55,991 nucleotides of DNA, from NCBI GenBank assembly GCA_038062745.1, contig JBBTWO010000007.1:1-55991 (forward strand). The letters are read 5' to 3'. Below, one piece after another: positions 1-9,322 of the stretch. Position 1 is the first letter of the stretch. The number at the start of each line of letters is the position of its first letter. The stretch is from Patescibacteria group bacterium. Its GTDB lineage: Bacteria; Patescibacteriota; Microgenomatia; UBA8517. Below the pieces are notes generated by a model. The model saw only the letters and a list, made by a program, of their open reading frames with translations. It ran no database searches and was not told the DNA's origin. Both the position numbers and the translations under genes were made by a program.

Positions 1-1
1 T

Positions 2-775
2 GTTGAGGGAATAAGGAATAAAACCACCCAATCATTTAGAAACAAATATAGAAAACTCCAAGGGCTATTAATAGACGACATTCAATTCATTGCTGGCAAA
101 GACTCTGTTCAGGAAGAATTCTTTCATACCTTTAATGCTGTAACTCAAGCCGGGGGACAAGTAATTCTGACTTCTGACCGACCACCGTCTGAAATTGCCA
201 AATTAGAAGAGCGACTTCGCAGCCGGTTTGAAGCAGGACTAATAGTAGACATTGGCCAGCCTGATTTTGAATTACGATGTGCCATTACTCAAATCAAATC
301 AAAAGATAGGGGACTGGAACTACCAATGGACTTAGTTCAAGTAATAGCCAGCAACATTGAGTCTGCCCGCAAAATTGAGGGCTTCTTAACTAGATTAGTA
401 TCTGAAGTAAAACTAAAAAACTTACCAGTGTCAGAGGATTTAATTAAATCCATTCTCTCCCACGGCCAAGAAATGAAACAAGATCAAAAACGGCTAATTT
501 CAGCCGACAGTGTAATTGAAAAAGTGTGCAATCACTTTTCAATCAGTAAACGTGCCATGCTTTCTAAAACCAGAACCCGTACAATTGCCAGACCAAGACA
601 AATGTTGATGTATATCCTTCGAACTGACTTAGGCATGCCTTTTGAGGAAGTTGGAAAGATGATTGGCGGGCGTGATCATACGACCGTTATGCACGCTGTG
701 GATACAATTACCAGGTTAGTCACTGACAACCCAAAAATTCGTGAGGATATCATGGGGATTAAAAATTCTCTCTGA
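2..775 (+). CDS. dnaA: Chromosomal replication initiator DnaA, C-terminal part (5' end lies upstream of the window)
   Basis: Frame 2 is open from the window edge. The translation reads ..LLIDDIQFIAGKDSVQEEFFHTFNAV..GQVILTSDRPPSEI..LRSRFEAGLIVDI (AAA+ region). The C-terminal part reads ..ARPRQMLMYILRTDLGMPFEEVGKMIGGRDHTTVMHA (DnaA domain IV DNA-binding signature). The 326..775 ORF in the track is only the portion after an internal Met. Confidence 0.95.
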   Translation, partial: VEGIRNKTTQSFRNKYRKLQGLLIDDIQFIAGKDSVQEEFFHTFNAVTQAGGQVILTSDRPPSEIAKLEERLRSRFEAGLIVDIGQPDFELRCAITQIKSKDRGLELPMDLVQVIASNIESARKIEGFLTRLVSEVKLKNLPVSEDLIKSILSHGQEMKQDQKRLISADSVIEKVCNHFSISKRAMLSKTRTRTIARPRQMLMYILRTDLGMPFEEVGKMIGGRDHTTVMHAVDTITRLVTDNPKIREDIMGIKNSL

Positions 776-1043
776 GGATAGTTTGCGTTAGATATCAACA
801 TATCCACAATTATCATGATGTTATCCACAAAGTTACCCACTCAGTCTCTTACGTAATACTCACAATTTTTCTTAGGCTTTGGTAGGCATAAACATACACA
901 TATCCACCGTGTCTACTATTACTACTACTATTTAATATAAGTAAAGATAAGAGAATAAAAGAAACATCTAAAAATAAATAAATTGTTGACTAAATAAATA
1001 TAGGCTGGAATTTTTTCAATGGCTGCCATATACTGCAAGGACT
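776..1043. promoter_or_regulatory. Candidate oriC (DnaA boxes plus AT-rich unwinding region) in the dnaA-dnaN spacer
   Basis: One perfect TTATCCACA sits at 821-829. Near-matches are aTATCCACA (800-808), TTAcCCACt (833-841) and aTATCCACc (900-908). A strongly AT-rich stretch follows at ~920-1010 (tttaatataagtaaagataagagaataaaagaaacatctaaaaataaataaatt). The dnaA-dnaN spacer is a classical oriC location. Confidence 0.6.
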
Positions 1044-2153
1044 ATGAAAGTACAAGTATTAAAGGCTGATTTTGCAAAGATACTTTCACTTGCTTGCCGA
1101 TTTGTTTCCAATAGAGCCCAACTACCCATACTTGGTAATTTAATTCTTTCAGCAAAAGGCAACTGCCTAACAGTAATGTCAACAAACTTGGAAATTTCAG
1201 TTGTTGCCAAATTGGGAGCAAAAGTAACTACCGAGGGAGAGTTGGGAGTTCCTGCAAGAACAATAGTCGACATTGTTAGTAATTTAGGTAATGGTCCAGT
1301 GAACCTTGAATCCCAAGAGGAGCAATTACTTATAACTACTGACAGTTTTGAAGGAAAAGTTTCTGGCATTAACACGTCTGATTTCCCCAAGCTTCCTCAA
1401 ACGGTTGAAAAAGGCATTAAAATTCTTGCCCGTGATTTGGCACTTGGATTATCGAAAGTTTCTTTTTCAACCTCCATGGATGAAACCAGGCCAATACTGA
1501 CTGGGGTGTTGTTTTTGTTTAACGGAACCAAACTTTCCTTAGTAGCTTCTGATGGATTTAGATTATCCAAATTTGAATTAACTTTAAAAGAATCTCAACC
1601 CGAAATGAAAATTGTTATTCCTAAGTCAGCAATTAATGAACTTATTAAATTGGCAGGGGAGTATGGTCAAGAGTTTGTTGTGGATATTAGACAGGAAGAA
1701 AACCAAGTTGTTTTTGGTATTGGGGATGTAGTTTTTTCAACTAGAACTTTGGAGGGGGAGTTTCCTAATTTTGAAAAAATTATTCCAGCAAATTCATTAG
1801 TAAAAGTTAATGTTGATAAAGAGGAATTCAGCAGAAGTATTAAATTAGCAGCTGTTTTTGCCAGAGAAGCTTCCAATATTGCTAAAATGAAATTGTTAGA
1901 AAAGGGAGTGGAGATAAGTGCAGAGAGTCAGAAAAGTGGAAATCAAAAAACTGTCGTAGAAGCAAAAATTGAAGGCTTAAGTGGTGACTTTGAAATTATT
2001 TTTAACTACAGATTCTTAGAAGAATATGTTGCTTTAGTTGATGGGGGAGTAGTAGACATCGGTTTTAATGAAACTAATAGTCCTGGAGTATTTCACGACC
2101 TTACACACCCTAATTTTCTACATTTGATCATGCCAGTAAAGATTCAAGGTTAA
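1044..2153 (+). CDS. dnaN: DNA polymerase III beta sliding clamp
   Basis: 369-aa ORF directly after dnaA. It has the typical beta-clamp opening (MKVQVLKADFAKILSLACRFVSNRAQLPILGNLIL), three-domain length, and motifs such as DETRPILTGVLF and SDGFRLS. Confidence 0.93.
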   Translation: MKVQVLKADFAKILSLACRFVSNRAQLPILGNLILSAKGNCLTVMSTNLEISVVAKLGAKVTTEGELGVPARTIVDIVSNLGNGPVNLESQEEQLLITTDSFEGKVSGINTSDFPKLPQTVEKGIKILARDLALGLSKVSFSTSMDETRPILTGVLFLFNGTKLSLVASDGFRLSKFELTLKESQPEMKIVIPKSAINELIKLAGEYGQEFVVDIRQEENQVVFGIGDVVFSTRTLEGEFPNFEKIIPANSLVKVNVDKEEFSRSIKLAAVFAREASNIAKMKLLEKGVEISAESQKSGNQKTVVEAKIEGLSGDFEIIFNYRFLEEYVALVDGGVVDIGFNETNSPGVFHDLTHPNFLHLIMPVKIQG

Positions 2154-2797
2154 TTAGGAAAAATAAATTGAATCCCAATGGTGTCTGGAACATTTAAAGC
2201 TTTAACTTTATTTTGAATTTCTTTTTGTAGTACATCGTAATTTGTAGCCTTTGTTTTTATTCGAGCTCTAATTTTGTTTATTTCACTGTCGTAGACTAAA
2301 ACATATTGAGGGGTATCTATTGGAAAACTTCTTAACCAAGGTTTTTGTAGATACTCTTGATCTATTGATTGAGAATATTGAAGATCAAGAAAGGTTTGAA
2401 GCTTTGCTTGTTCATCTGGTGTTAATTGAGAAGAAGTTGAGGTTTTAAAGCTAGATTCTGATATTTTAATATCGTTATTGAAAACAATCATTTTATATTG
2501 TGTACCCACTTGTAATGGTTCGTTTGGAGTTATTGAAATGATACTTCCATTAATTGATTTTTGAAATTCAAACTCTGGTTCAAACTCAACTTTTACCTGT
2601 TTTTCAATGTCTACACCAGTGGTTGAGGACGTTTCTATTGAAATTGTTGGAAAAATACTGATCTGTTCAGATAAATTGATGGGGTTGATTGCTATAATTT
2701 TTATGTTTGATGTTTTTCTAGTAAGAAAATAAGCACCAATTGCAATTAAAAGTATAAATATGACAATTAGGACTGGGATGTAAATTTTCTTTTTCAT
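2150..2797 (-). CDS. Membrane-anchored hypothetical protein, last gene of the VirB4 operon
   Basis: 215-aa ORF with one N-terminal TM helix (IYIPVLIVIFILLIAIGAYFL) and a soluble remainder. Its start overlaps the stop of the upstream 904-aa gene by 4 nt. Its stop overlaps the dnaN stop (convergent). No recognisable motif. Confidence 0.6.
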   Translation of the reverse strand: MKKKIYIPVLIVIFILLIAIGAYFLTRKTSNIKIIAINPINLSEQISIFPTISIETSSTTGVDIEKQVKVEFEPEFEFQKSINGSIISITPNEPLQVGTQYKMIVFNNDIKISESSFKTSTSSQLTPDEQAKLQTFLDLQYSQSIDQEYLQKPWLRSFPIDTPQYVLVYDSEINKIRARIKTKATNYDVLQKEIQNKVKALNVPDTIGIQFIFPN

Positions 2798-5508
2798 TCT
2801 GCTCCTGGTGGTGGTGCTGTTTGTTGTTGATTACATTCTAATGGAGGAACACCATATCCTACTACTCCTCCTTGAACTTTACCATTTAATGATACTGTTA
2901 ATTTTCTTGTAGTAACTGAGTTGTTTGATTCTATTATGGTTATGTAATCTTGATTTACTTCGCTAACTAAGGCAACGTGGGATAGAGGTCCAGGAGTGAA
3001 GACCCCAACACCAAAGAAAATAGCTGATCCAATCGGTATTTCTGTTGCCGGAGTATCTGCTGAAAGTAATCTATTTTGTTGTTGGAACCAGTCTCGCATC
3101 GTTACTACTGCAAACATGTTTTGTGGCATTTCAAAACCGGATTGTAAATATGTTTTCATTATTAAATCAGTACACCAGAAAAGGGTGCACGCAACCGGTC
3201 TTGTTCCTTTACACCCAGCAGGAAAATCTGTTCCACTAGCACAAGGATTTGGATAAGAAGCATAATAACTCTCACTCCAATGATCTCCGTTACAAGGTAA
3301 GCCATTGTCTAATGGATGATCGTATTGTGGTGAGTGATTGTAAAATTGCCAGAAACCTTTTTGTAATGAACTAGTTATGCTGGTTCCGTTTGTTACAACA
3401 CCTTCACAGCCACCAACTGGAGTTACTCCACCTCCAGAAATTGATGTACTTCCAGGAATAACATATGCACTGGAATTGATTATGAAAATAATTAGAGCAA
3501 TAACAAAAGGAATTGTTATGAGTGAAATTATTATTGGTTTTGCAATCTGTCTAAGTGATGTTGCAAGAGCTAAACCAAAAACACCTGCAATTCCTGCAGG
3601 AATTGCTGATAGTCCTGCCACAATACCGCCCGACCCCATAGCTGTTGCTCCAACACCGGCAGTAGCTATCAAACCCCCAGTTACAACTCCTCCTCCAAAC
3701 ATCATTAAAATGCCGCCCGCAACCATTGTGGGTCCTATGTATTTATTTTCTTGAAAGAATTTTTTAACTTTTGCCCAATTTATTTTTGAAGCTACCCAAC
3801 TGACAACCATTCCAACAGCCGCTCCAATTATTGTACCTACGACTGGTAGCAGTGCAGTGCCTGCAGCTGCCCCAGCTTCTGCAGTAACAAGTGAAGTTCC
3901 AACAACCCCCGCTTCAGTCACAATTACTCCAGTAGAAGAAGCGGTTGCGCTTGCAAGAGTGGTTGGTGTTGCCATTCCTGCGATTTCTGTTGGTAAAAAC
4001 ATACTTCCTACAGGAGAAGTAAATTGACCAAGTGAGAACATTCTGAGTGTTTGTTGAGCAGGCGAAAGAGAGGAAACAAAAGTTTGGTAAGCGGGCATGT
4101 CAAAAGCAGTAATTTTACCCGCTAATACAGCCTGCGCATTCCAGGCGCTAAACAAAGTTGGGGAATAAAATTGATATGCTACGAAAGTTCCCGCTCCAAC
4201 ACCACCAGTTGCTCCTAATGCAACTGCTGTAGTTGAACTTCCGGTGGCAAATAAATCTTTTATGCTCTGAAAAAAATTAAATATGTCAGAGTTAGTTGGG
4301 GTTTCAATTTTTACCGACTCAAATTGTTTAAGAATGTTAGATAGTGGGTTTTGACCTTTACTGAATAATTGTTTGTTTTGACTAAATATATTTTTGGCTT
4401 CTTTTGAAAAATCAATAAGTTTCTCAATATTTACTTGAGTGGAATTTGTTGATGGTGTGTCTGTTTGTTGTAGTTCCCTATTTTCTCCATATAAAACATT
4501 TGCTGCTTGTGGACCTAGTGCTGCACTAGCAAACGCATGGAAAGTATCTTCCGAAACGGCTGTTGCTAAGGCTAGGTTGGCAATCTCAGTTTCAGGATAT
4601 AATTCTGCGCTGGCTTTAAGTATCGCTACATCACTATTTTTGGGCGTAATAGCCAAAGATCCAGTAATCTTTGCTGGGTCAATGCCTGCTCTATTGAGTT
4701 CTTCCCAAAAAAATCTGTTTCTTCTTAAAATATCTCTTGCAACAATCCCAGAGATGGATCCAATTTCCTCCTGGGAATATAAATTCTTAATTATGTCAGG
4801 AATGTTTTTTGGTTGTAAAATGAAAGCGGAAACTTCTTGAACTGTCTTTTCTGAATTTTTTATTTCATTCGCTCCAATTGTGGCTAATATTCCCAAGGTT
4901 TGTTTTGTTAAGATAATTGGTTCAGGTTGTTTAACTGGCTCAAGGTAAATTTGTTTTGCGAACACCTCCCTGGCTTGTTGTCTTAATTGTTGTTTAACTA
5001 TTTCTGGTTCTTCTGGTGCAACCACAAAAATTGGTTTGTCCGCTACTTGTGTTTGCACCTGACTTTTTGCAGTAGCTTGAGCAGCCTCCATGAAAGTAGA
5101 TTGTTTTTTAGCTGCCACTTCCTGAGATCTCTTTCTCTCTTCAAGATTGGTTGTACTTCTTTGTTGAAGTTCTTCTAATCTAGTTTTATCTAGAACCGTT
5201 TGTGTTGGTTGGTCTTCTGGTTTTAAGTTGTTGAGTAAATCTCTGGATGCCTTTTCTGAGAGGGTAAATGTTTCCAAATAAACTGGAGGGATTTTGGAGT
5301 TTTTAACAGGATCAAAAAGTATATTTTTTGCTTCAGTGATTGTTTTTGTACCAGTTACTTGAAGTACATAGTTTTTAAAACCTTCTTCTGTCCAATCCAT
5401 TGAAGATGGCATAACAAGTTCTCCTGAAAATTGTGGAAGTTCTTGTCTGAAAAAATACCTAAATATTTTTTGGAGTGTTTCTAATTTTTGTATTTGATCA
5501 CCATTCAT
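2794..5508 (-). CDS. Large polytopic membrane protein with C-terminal CHAP/NlpC-P60-like cell-wall hydrolase domain (PrgK/TcpG-type T4SS hydrolase analogue)
   Basis: 904 aa. The N-terminal ~450 aa are soluble, followed by several Gly/Ala-rich TM segments (e.g. GTALLPVVGTIIGAAVGMVVSWV, MVAGGILMMFGGGVVTGGLIATAGVG, IISLITIPFVIALIIFII). The C-terminal ~190 aa contain a Cys...His arrangement like CHAP (..VACTLFWCTDLIMK.. then ..GPLSHVALVSEV..). An ATGA start/stop overlap links it to virB4. Confidence 0.6.
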   Translation of the reverse strand: MNGDQIQKLETLQKIFRYFFRQELPQFSGELVMPSSMDWTEEGFKNYVLQVTGTKTITEAKNILFDPVKNSKIPPVYLETFTLSEKASRDLLNNLKPEDQPTQTVLDKTRLEELQQRSTTNLEERKRSQEVAAKKQSTFMEAAQATAKSQVQTQVADKPIFVVAPEEPEIVKQQLRQQAREVFAKQIYLEPVKQPEPIILTKQTLGILATIGANEIKNSEKTVQEVSAFILQPKNIPDIIKNLYSQEEIGSISGIVARDILRRNRFFWEELNRAGIDPAKITGSLAITPKNSDVAILKASAELYPETEIANLALATAVSEDTFHAFASAALGPQAANVLYGENRELQQTDTPSTNSTQVNIEKLIDFSKEAKNIFSQNKQLFSKGQNPLSNILKQFESVKIETPTNSDIFNFFQSIKDLFATGSSTTAVALGATGGVGAGTFVAYQFYSPTLFSAWNAQAVLAGKITAFDMPAYQTFVSSLSPAQQTLRMFSLGQFTSPVGSMFLPTEIAGMATPTTLASATASSTGVIVTEAGVVGTSLVTAEAGAAAGTALLPVVGTIIGAAVGMVVSWVASKINWAKVKKFFQENKYIGPTMVAGGILMMFGGGVVTGGLIATAGVGATAMGSGGIVAGLSAIPAGIAGVFGLALATSLRQIAKPIIISLITIPFVIALIIFIINSSAYVIPGSTSISGGGVTPVGGCEGVVTNGTSITSSLQKGFWQFYNHSPQYDHPLDNGLPCNGDHWSESYYASYPNPCASGTDFPAGCKGTRPVACTLFWCTDLIMKTYLQSGFEMPQNMFAVVTMRDWFQQQNRLLSADTPATEIPIGSAIFFGVGVFTPGPLSHVALVSEVNQDYITIIESNNSVTTRKLTVSLNGKVQGGVVGYGVPPLECNQQQTAPPPGAE

Positions 5509-7355
5509 ATCTTTGCAGTTCCTGTGTTTGTAACATTGGCCATACCCGTTATGTCAGCTGGTGAATAGGTGGTGTTCTGCAAATTAGCCTGCTGGTTGGT
5601 TAATCCCTCTGTGTCTCTTGGGTTAGTTGTGACAAGAGCATATTCTTCCGGAGAAGCAACAACCCGTATTGGTGCATGATGAGGGCCAGCAAAGAATATT
5701 CCCTCACCAACATTAGCAGCCAGCAAAAGCTGTTTTTCTCCCTGGGAAAGATAGAAAGTTTCGCCAATTTTATCAATTGCGGCTGGCGACTGTTTCAGCA
5801 GGATCTTCATGGCAGAATTGGTGACGATTGCCTTGCCAATATCTTGAGAAAGAAAATCCTCAACGTCCTGAGTAATGGTTGTTAAACCAAGATAATATTT
5901 TCTGGCTCGTTTGACTACTGCCCAAAGGAATTGGGCTGAATCTTTATATTTCATCATGTGCCACGCCTCATCAACAATTAGTAGTCTTCTTTTAATATCC
6001 TTTTTAATTCTCGTCCAGATATAGTCAAGGATGATAAACATAGCAATTGGCCGCATAGCATCATCCAAGTCGCGCACACTAAAAATAGTAAATGGGTTGT
6101 TAAGATTAATATTGGTTTGCTTGTCAAATATGCCCACATAGCTTCCCTTTACAAATTTTTCAATTCTGGCTGCTAAATCAAGTGCGTCGGTAACCTCCAT
6201 ACCAATAAGGGATTTATAAAGATCCTCCATAAGTGGTGGTTCTTTGGCTTGAGTTGCTGGATCTTGGGTAATGCCTTTGGCTCGGTAAGCATTAATTAAG
6301 GCTCGGTCAAGCAGGGCTTCTTGGGTGGCGTTTAGCTCGCCCATGATGACTTTAAACAAAGAATGTAGGGAAAGAATTTTCTGGCCCAACTGATTCTCAC
6401 CTTCCTCATAAATTTGAGCCAAATCAAATGGGTTTATTTTTGACTGTGAACTAAAGGAAAAGTTAATATTTTCTCCTCCAACTGCTGCGCAAAGTTTTCC
6501 ATATTCGTTTTCTGGGTCAATAATAATAACTTCTGTGCCCAACATTAGGCTTCTTACAGCTTCTAATTTTACTGTAAAGCTCTTACCAGAGCCTGCTGTG
6601 GCAAGTACCAAACAGTTTGAATTCTCCAAACTGAATCTGTCAAAAATAATAAACGATTCGTTTTGGGAATTCATGCCGTACAAAACTCCCGTGTCACTTG
6701 ATAACTCTGCCGATGTAAATGGAAAAGTTGTAGCCAGGGAAGTTGTATCCATGTTGCGAGTTATGGAGAGCTTATCTGTGCCAAATGGAGCAGCTGACAA
6801 AAATCCCTGCTCTTGATCCAAGGTTGCTGATTTGGCAATTACCAACAGCGAGCCGAGGGTAGATTCTACTTGGCGGGTTACATCATTTAATTCTTCTGGC
6901 GAGTTGGCAGGAATTGTAACGTAGAAACTAAACTCAAAAAACCTTTCAGACCCTTTTACAAGTTGTTCCTGTAAAACCCTTGCGTCTTCAAGTTTTGCTT
7001 GAGTGGAAGGGTTGATTACTTTCCCTCTTTGAATGTCAGTTGAGATTTCGGCCTCCATTTCGGCAATTTTGCGGCGTAAATCATCAAGAACAGATTTGCC
7101 TTCAACGGGATAAATATAAAAGGAAATATCCAATGAGTGATCAAAATTAATAATTGGCTCAAGCCAACCCGGAGAAACAAATCTTGGATAACCGCCGATA
7201 AAAAGCGTTCTTAAATATACGTCGTCTATTTTTATATAATCAAAATCTACCTCAAATGATTTTGGGGCAAGAACATCTTGTAGTCCTAATCCCTCATTTT
7301 GTAGCGAATGGATGGGATTGATGATTGCTGGTTTTTCTTTTTTTGTGTTGTCCAT
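5505..7355 (-). CDS. virB4: VirB4/TrbE/PrgJ-family type IV secretion ATPase
   Basis: 616 aa. Walker A is LVLATAGSGKSFTVK and Walker B is RRLLIVDEAWHMMK, followed by LGLTTITQDVEDF. The N-terminal region (IKIDDVYLRTLFIGGYPRFVSPGWLEPIINFDHSLDISFYIYP) is typical of Gram-positive-type VirB4 proteins. Confidence 0.9.
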   Translation of the reverse strand: MDNTKKEKPAIINPIHSLQNEGLGLQDVLAPKSFEVDFDYIKIDDVYLRTLFIGGYPRFVSPGWLEPIINFDHSLDISFYIYPVEGKSVLDDLRRKIAEMEAEISTDIQRGKVINPSTQAKLEDARVLQEQLVKGSERFFEFSFYVTIPANSPEELNDVTRQVESTLGSLLVIAKSATLDQEQGFLSAAPFGTDKLSITRNMDTTSLATTFPFTSAELSSDTGVLYGMNSQNESFIIFDRFSLENSNCLVLATAGSGKSFTVKLEAVRSLMLGTEVIIIDPENEYGKLCAAVGGENINFSFSSQSKINPFDLAQIYEEGENQLGQKILSLHSLFKVIMGELNATQEALLDRALINAYRAKGITQDPATQAKEPPLMEDLYKSLIGMEVTDALDLAARIEKFVKGSYVGIFDKQTNINLNNPFTIFSVRDLDDAMRPIAMFIILDYIWTRIKKDIKRRLLIVDEAWHMMKYKDSAQFLWAVVKRARKYYLGLTTITQDVEDFLSQDIGKAIVTNSAMKILLKQSPAAIDKIGETFYLSQGEKQLLLAANVGEGIFFAGPHHAPIRVVASPEEYALVTTNPRDTEGLTNQQANLQNTTYSPADITGMANVTNTGTAKI

Positions 7356-7361
7356 AGTAAT

Positions 7362-8081
7362 TTAATTTTTTGTTTGTATAGCCACACTTGCTTCCTCTGC
7401 CTGCTTTTTGGCAGGAGGTTTAGGGTTGTAAACATCGAAATATAATTCAATTAGTTGCTGGTTGGTTAGCTGTTTCAAGCGCAACCCCAACCTTCTTGCT
7501 TGCCGGGTTAAATGGTCACGTCTGGGGATTAAGATTAACTTTGCCTTTTTCAAAACATAGCTTTTAGCAAACGGAAGTGGCTTTTCAGAATTAGTTTTAA
7601 TGAAGGTTGCAAAAGATTTGGCAACCCCCAACTCAAGTGGGGAAAAAGGAATAATGACAAAGAATCTTTTGCCTAAAACATTTTTCTTTTTAACAGTTTC
7701 GGTAATAAACTTTTTGTATGCTTTGGCAACGCCAACAAGTTTTGGGTTTTGCAATTTGGTGAATGACTCATCCAGATATTTTAAATAGCTGGTGATGTCT
7801 TTCCTTTGCGACTTAATTAATATTTGAGCCGAGAAGGTAAGTGAGTTAATAAGTGCTGCGTAAGCGGCAACCACCGCCTCCTGCTCCTTTTCTGACAACA
7901 AACCAAAATTAAGGGAGGTGGATTCTAATACTAAACATGCCCCACCATCCTTAAAAAGCGCAATATCGTCGATAATGTCGGCGATTGGCAGTTGTTTTTG
8001 GCTTGTTGATTGAATAGGCAAGTCGGGAACAGAAATAATCGGCACCCGCAAGTTTTTGATTTTTATATTTTTAGTATCCAT
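7362..8081 (-). CDS. Hypothetical T4SS-associated soluble protein (possible VirB4 N-domain-like accessory)
   Basis: 239-aa ORF, 6 nt upstream of virB4 in the same operon. The segment DDIALFKDGGACLVLESTSLNFGLLSEKEQEAVVAAYAALINSL resembles the 'sample/early' region seen in VirB4-family N-termini. No TM helix. Confidence 0.5.
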   Translation of the reverse strand: MDTKNIKIKNLRVPIISVPDLPIQSTSQKQLPIADIIDDIALFKDGGACLVLESTSLNFGLLSEKEQEAVVAAYAALINSLTFSAQILIKSQRKDITSYLKYLDESFTKLQNPKLVGVAKAYKKFITETVKKKNVLGKRFFVIIPFSPLELGVAKSFATFIKTNSEKPLPFAKSYVLKKAKLILIPRRDHLTRQARRLGLRLKQLTNQQLIELYFDVYNPKPPAKKQAEEASVAIQTKN

Positions 8082-8089
8082 GTGTTTTT

Positions 8090-9118
8090 TTAATTAGTTA
8101 AACTATTTTTAGCCCGGATGGCAATAGGTTGAATTATTTCTCCTCTGGTCTCAAAGGTGAGTGGGTCAAATTCGAAACCGTCTTTTTCTGTTGTTAATTC
8201 ATATTTACCGGTAAGAAGTGGAGTAACAATCATAAAGTGACCTGCTTTGTTAGATTTTAAGGCCCTTACTGGTCTACCTAAATCATCTTTAATCTCCAAA
8301 ATTGCCCCCTCAATTATTTTTCCAGAGCTATCCATTACTTGGCCAACTATCAAATTAGGATTTTCTGCAGGGGATGGAGGAGCAGCATCAGACGAAAACC
8401 GAGCTTGTATTGGGTTGGCTGAGAGCTGGTTAGTGGATGGGTTGCTTGATGGAGCTGGAACGCCACTTGTAGAAAAAACATTGGCTGAAGGGTTAATTAT
8501 TTGTTTGCTTTGATTGTTTTCTGCTTCAACAATAAATTGGGGTCTGGCACTGGTTGGGGCAATTGCTACTGCTCCAACTTGAGGAATTGTAACCTGTGGT
8601 CGAGTAGTGTCTTGTAGAATTGGAATTTGTTGGTTTGGTTGAGTGGTTGCAACTGGCATTGGTGTTGCTACAAAAAGCGTTCCAAGTTTGTTTAAAAAAT
8701 TATTTTCTTGTTCTTCCAAATTGGAAAGAAATGGCAGTTTTGATCCATTTGAAGAAGCAGTTGAACCGCCACTTGGTGAGCCTGCATTTCCGGTCAACGT
8801 AGATTCTGACATATAAAAGGCTGGGGCTGCAGGATATGGTTGCCAATTGTACATGGTTGGTGAATAAATTGAGCGAAAAAAAGCCAGTACCCATCTCTCA
8901 AGGGGTCGCTCTTGAAAAGGTAAGAAAGCCAAGGCTGCTCCGAAGCTCAAAAAAAACATTATCAGTGGCCATTTTAAAACTGGATGAAGGCCTGTTGAAT
9001 AAATAAGCAAAGAAATTAAAGCTCCAGCAGCCACTTGAAAGAATTGTTTCAAGGTCATATCACCAACTAATCGGAATTGATATGAAGATATTTGTTGTGG
9101 TATTGGATGTTGTTCCAT
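8090..9118 (-). CDS. PrgI/VirB3-like membrane protein fused to a C-terminal carboxypeptidase-regulatory-like beta-sandwich
   Basis: The opening MEQHPIPQQISSYQFRLVGDMTLKQFFQVAAGALISLLIY..WPLIMFFLSFGAALAFLPFQERPLERWVLAFFRSIYSP matches the PrgI-family pattern (short N-terminus, two TM helices). A Pro/Ser/Gln-rich linker follows. The C-terminal segment IVGQVMDSSGKIIEGAILEIKDDLGRPVRALKSNKAGHFMIVTPLLTGKYELTTEKDGFEF is CarboxypepD_reg-like. I prefer the ATG at 9118; the track ORF extends to a TTG at 9211. Confidence 0.6.
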   Translation of the reverse strand: MEQHPIPQQISSYQFRLVGDMTLKQFFQVAAGALISLLIYSTGLHPVLKWPLIMFFLSFGAALAFLPFQERPLERWVLAFFRSIYSPTMYNWQPYPAAPAFYMSESTLTGNAGSPSGGSTASSNGSKLPFLSNLEEQENNFLNKLGTLFVATPMPVATTQPNQQIPILQDTTRPQVTIPQVGAVAIAPTSARPQFIVEAENNQSKQIINPSANVFSTSGVPAPSSNPSTNQLSANPIQARFSSDAAPPSPAENPNLIVGQVMDSSGKIIEGAILEIKDDLGRPVRALKSNKAGHFMIVTPLLTGKYELTTEKDGFEFDPLTFETRGEIIQPIAIRAKNSLTN

Positions 9119-9322
9119 ATAGGCAGTCTCTACAGGTAGTCTCTCTATCAATGTTATATCGTGAAGGCTCTTTAGCAACTTATAATTATTTTCACAAGAA
9201 ATTTTGATCAATATAGAGTATATTTATTTTAGCTACGTTCAAGGAATTTGGTGAAACTCCCAAACTGTGCCGCAACTGTAAAGTCAGAAAACTAGTAGCT
9301 AATTAGAAAGCCCGAGCAGGAA

